Source: Candidatus Omnitrophota bacterium
Lineage (GTDB): Bacteria; Omnitrophota; Omnitrophia; Omnitrophales; Aquincolibacteriaceae
DNA: 64,000 nucleotides
Assembly: GCA_035352955.1 (NCBI GenBank)
Contig: DAOPYQ010000002.1
Coordinates: forward strand, 140,518 to 204,517
Direction of reading: 5' to 3'
The position numbers and the translations under genes were made by a program. Positions 63,530 to 64,000 of the stretch are shown here, one piece after another (positions within the stretch are counted from its first letter, which is position 1; every line of letters begins with the position of its first letter). The notes below the pieces were generated by a model that was not told the origin of the DNA, searched no databases, and was given only the letters and a program-made list of their open reading frames with translations.

Positions 63530-64000
63530 AACTGACACATCTGATGAAATTCCTTTTCGCGCTCGTGCTCTGCCAGGGGGCCGGCATGGTAGGAGCGGTG
63601 TACACGATCCCTGCGATCCCCGGTTGGTACGCCCAGCTGCAAAAACCGTTCTTTTCTCCGCCGAATTGGATCTTCGGACCCGTGTGGACACTGCTTTTCA
63701 CCCTGATGGCGATCGCCGCCTATCTTGTCTGGAGCAAAGGCCTGGGCGAACCGGCGGTCAGGAAAGCCCTCGTCAGCTTCCTTCTTCAGCTCGCTCTGAA
63801 CAGTCTCTGGTGCTTCCTCTTTTTTGGCCTCCGTTCTCCCCTCTACGGACTGGCCGAGATTCTTCTTCTCTGGGCCATGATTTTGGTTACAATACTCCAA
63901 TTCTTCAGAATCTCAAGGCCGGCCGGCTGGCTCCTCATTCCTTATCTTCTTTGGGTGAGCTTCGCGACCAGCCTGAATCTCGGGATTTTCATTTTAAATA
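63527..64000 (+). CDS. tspO: TspO/MBR tryptophan-rich sensory protein (translocator protein), partial; 3' end lies beyond the window
   Basis: WYAQLQKPFFSPPNWIFGPVWTLLFTLMAIAAYLVW matches the TspO signature. Not in the ORF track because it has no in-window stop. Confidence 0.8.

Overview
This is a high-GC (~58%) bacterial chromosomal window, apparently Gram-negative, since it encodes an autotransporter, LpxL and CMP-Kdo synthetase. Genes are densely packed. Partial ORFs at both window edges are real genes that the supplied ORF track omits. A rough map follows.

- **1-5.9 kb:** a partial secreted Ig-like repeat protein and a 1200-aa autotransporter adhesin.
- **6-34.7 kb:** a glycan-biosynthesis super-locus, almost entirely on the minus strand with ATGA/TGATG translational-coupling overlaps.
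  - Glycosyltransferases: GT2 x2, a GT4, a GT-C protein resembling the TMTC/DUF1736+TPR family, and two giant multidomain glycosyltransferases of 1203 aa and 1265 aa.
  - Other enzymes: a pyruvyl-transferase domain, two RgpF-like proteins, four membrane-anchored SGNH/GDSL hydrolase-acyltransferases, an MsbA/PglK-like ABC exporter and a KdsB/KpsU-like CMP-Kdo synthetase.
  - Sulfation: a di-domain sulfotransferase directly clustered with a complete PAPS supply (cysD, cysNC, TSUP/TauE permease), implying a sulfated (and probably pyruvylated and O-acylated) polysaccharide or protein glycan.
  - A ~35-aa module, WY(L)xxYPDV...DPLxHY(L)xxGxxEGRxP, recurs at least 9 times across 4 of these enzymes.
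- **34.7-44.6 kb:** a CHASE2-GGDEF sensor with a non-canonical GDEEF motif, an ICMT-like methyltransferase, homospermidine synthase, a cupin, an Fe-ADH, LpxL, RlmD, an alpha/beta hydrolase, a SAM methyltransferase and an XRE regulator.
- **44.6-50.9 kb:** an accessory region.
  - A ~465-bp array of ~26 degenerate 17-18-bp tandem repeats and a 30-bp perfect palindrome.
  - A ~2.8-kb low-GC (~43%) island bounded by ~20-bp imperfect direct repeats. It carries a 692-aa P-loop NTPase fused to a C-terminal Mrr-like PD-(D/E)xK nuclease, a candidate single-gene defence or toxin system.
  - An ORF6N protein, a secreted DUF1016_N-SNase fusion nuclease and a VapBC-like RHH-PIN pair.
- **51-64 kb:**
  - An HI0933 flavoprotein and a YgiQ radical SAM enzyme.
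  - A Mn/metal homeostasis cluster: a Cys-motif permease, a CDF transporter, NRAMP MntH, an MgtE_N-CBS protein and a UPF0016/GDT1 protein.
  - Two tiny Lys-rich peptides with Cys-rich tails (…SCGCCCR, …GCGC…SCCN), unannotated, immediately upstream of an ArsP-like TPFCSCS permease.
  - RluA, a pseudopilin, a B12-binding radical SAM enzyme and a partial TspO.

No rRNA or tRNA genes or CRISPR arrays were seen.
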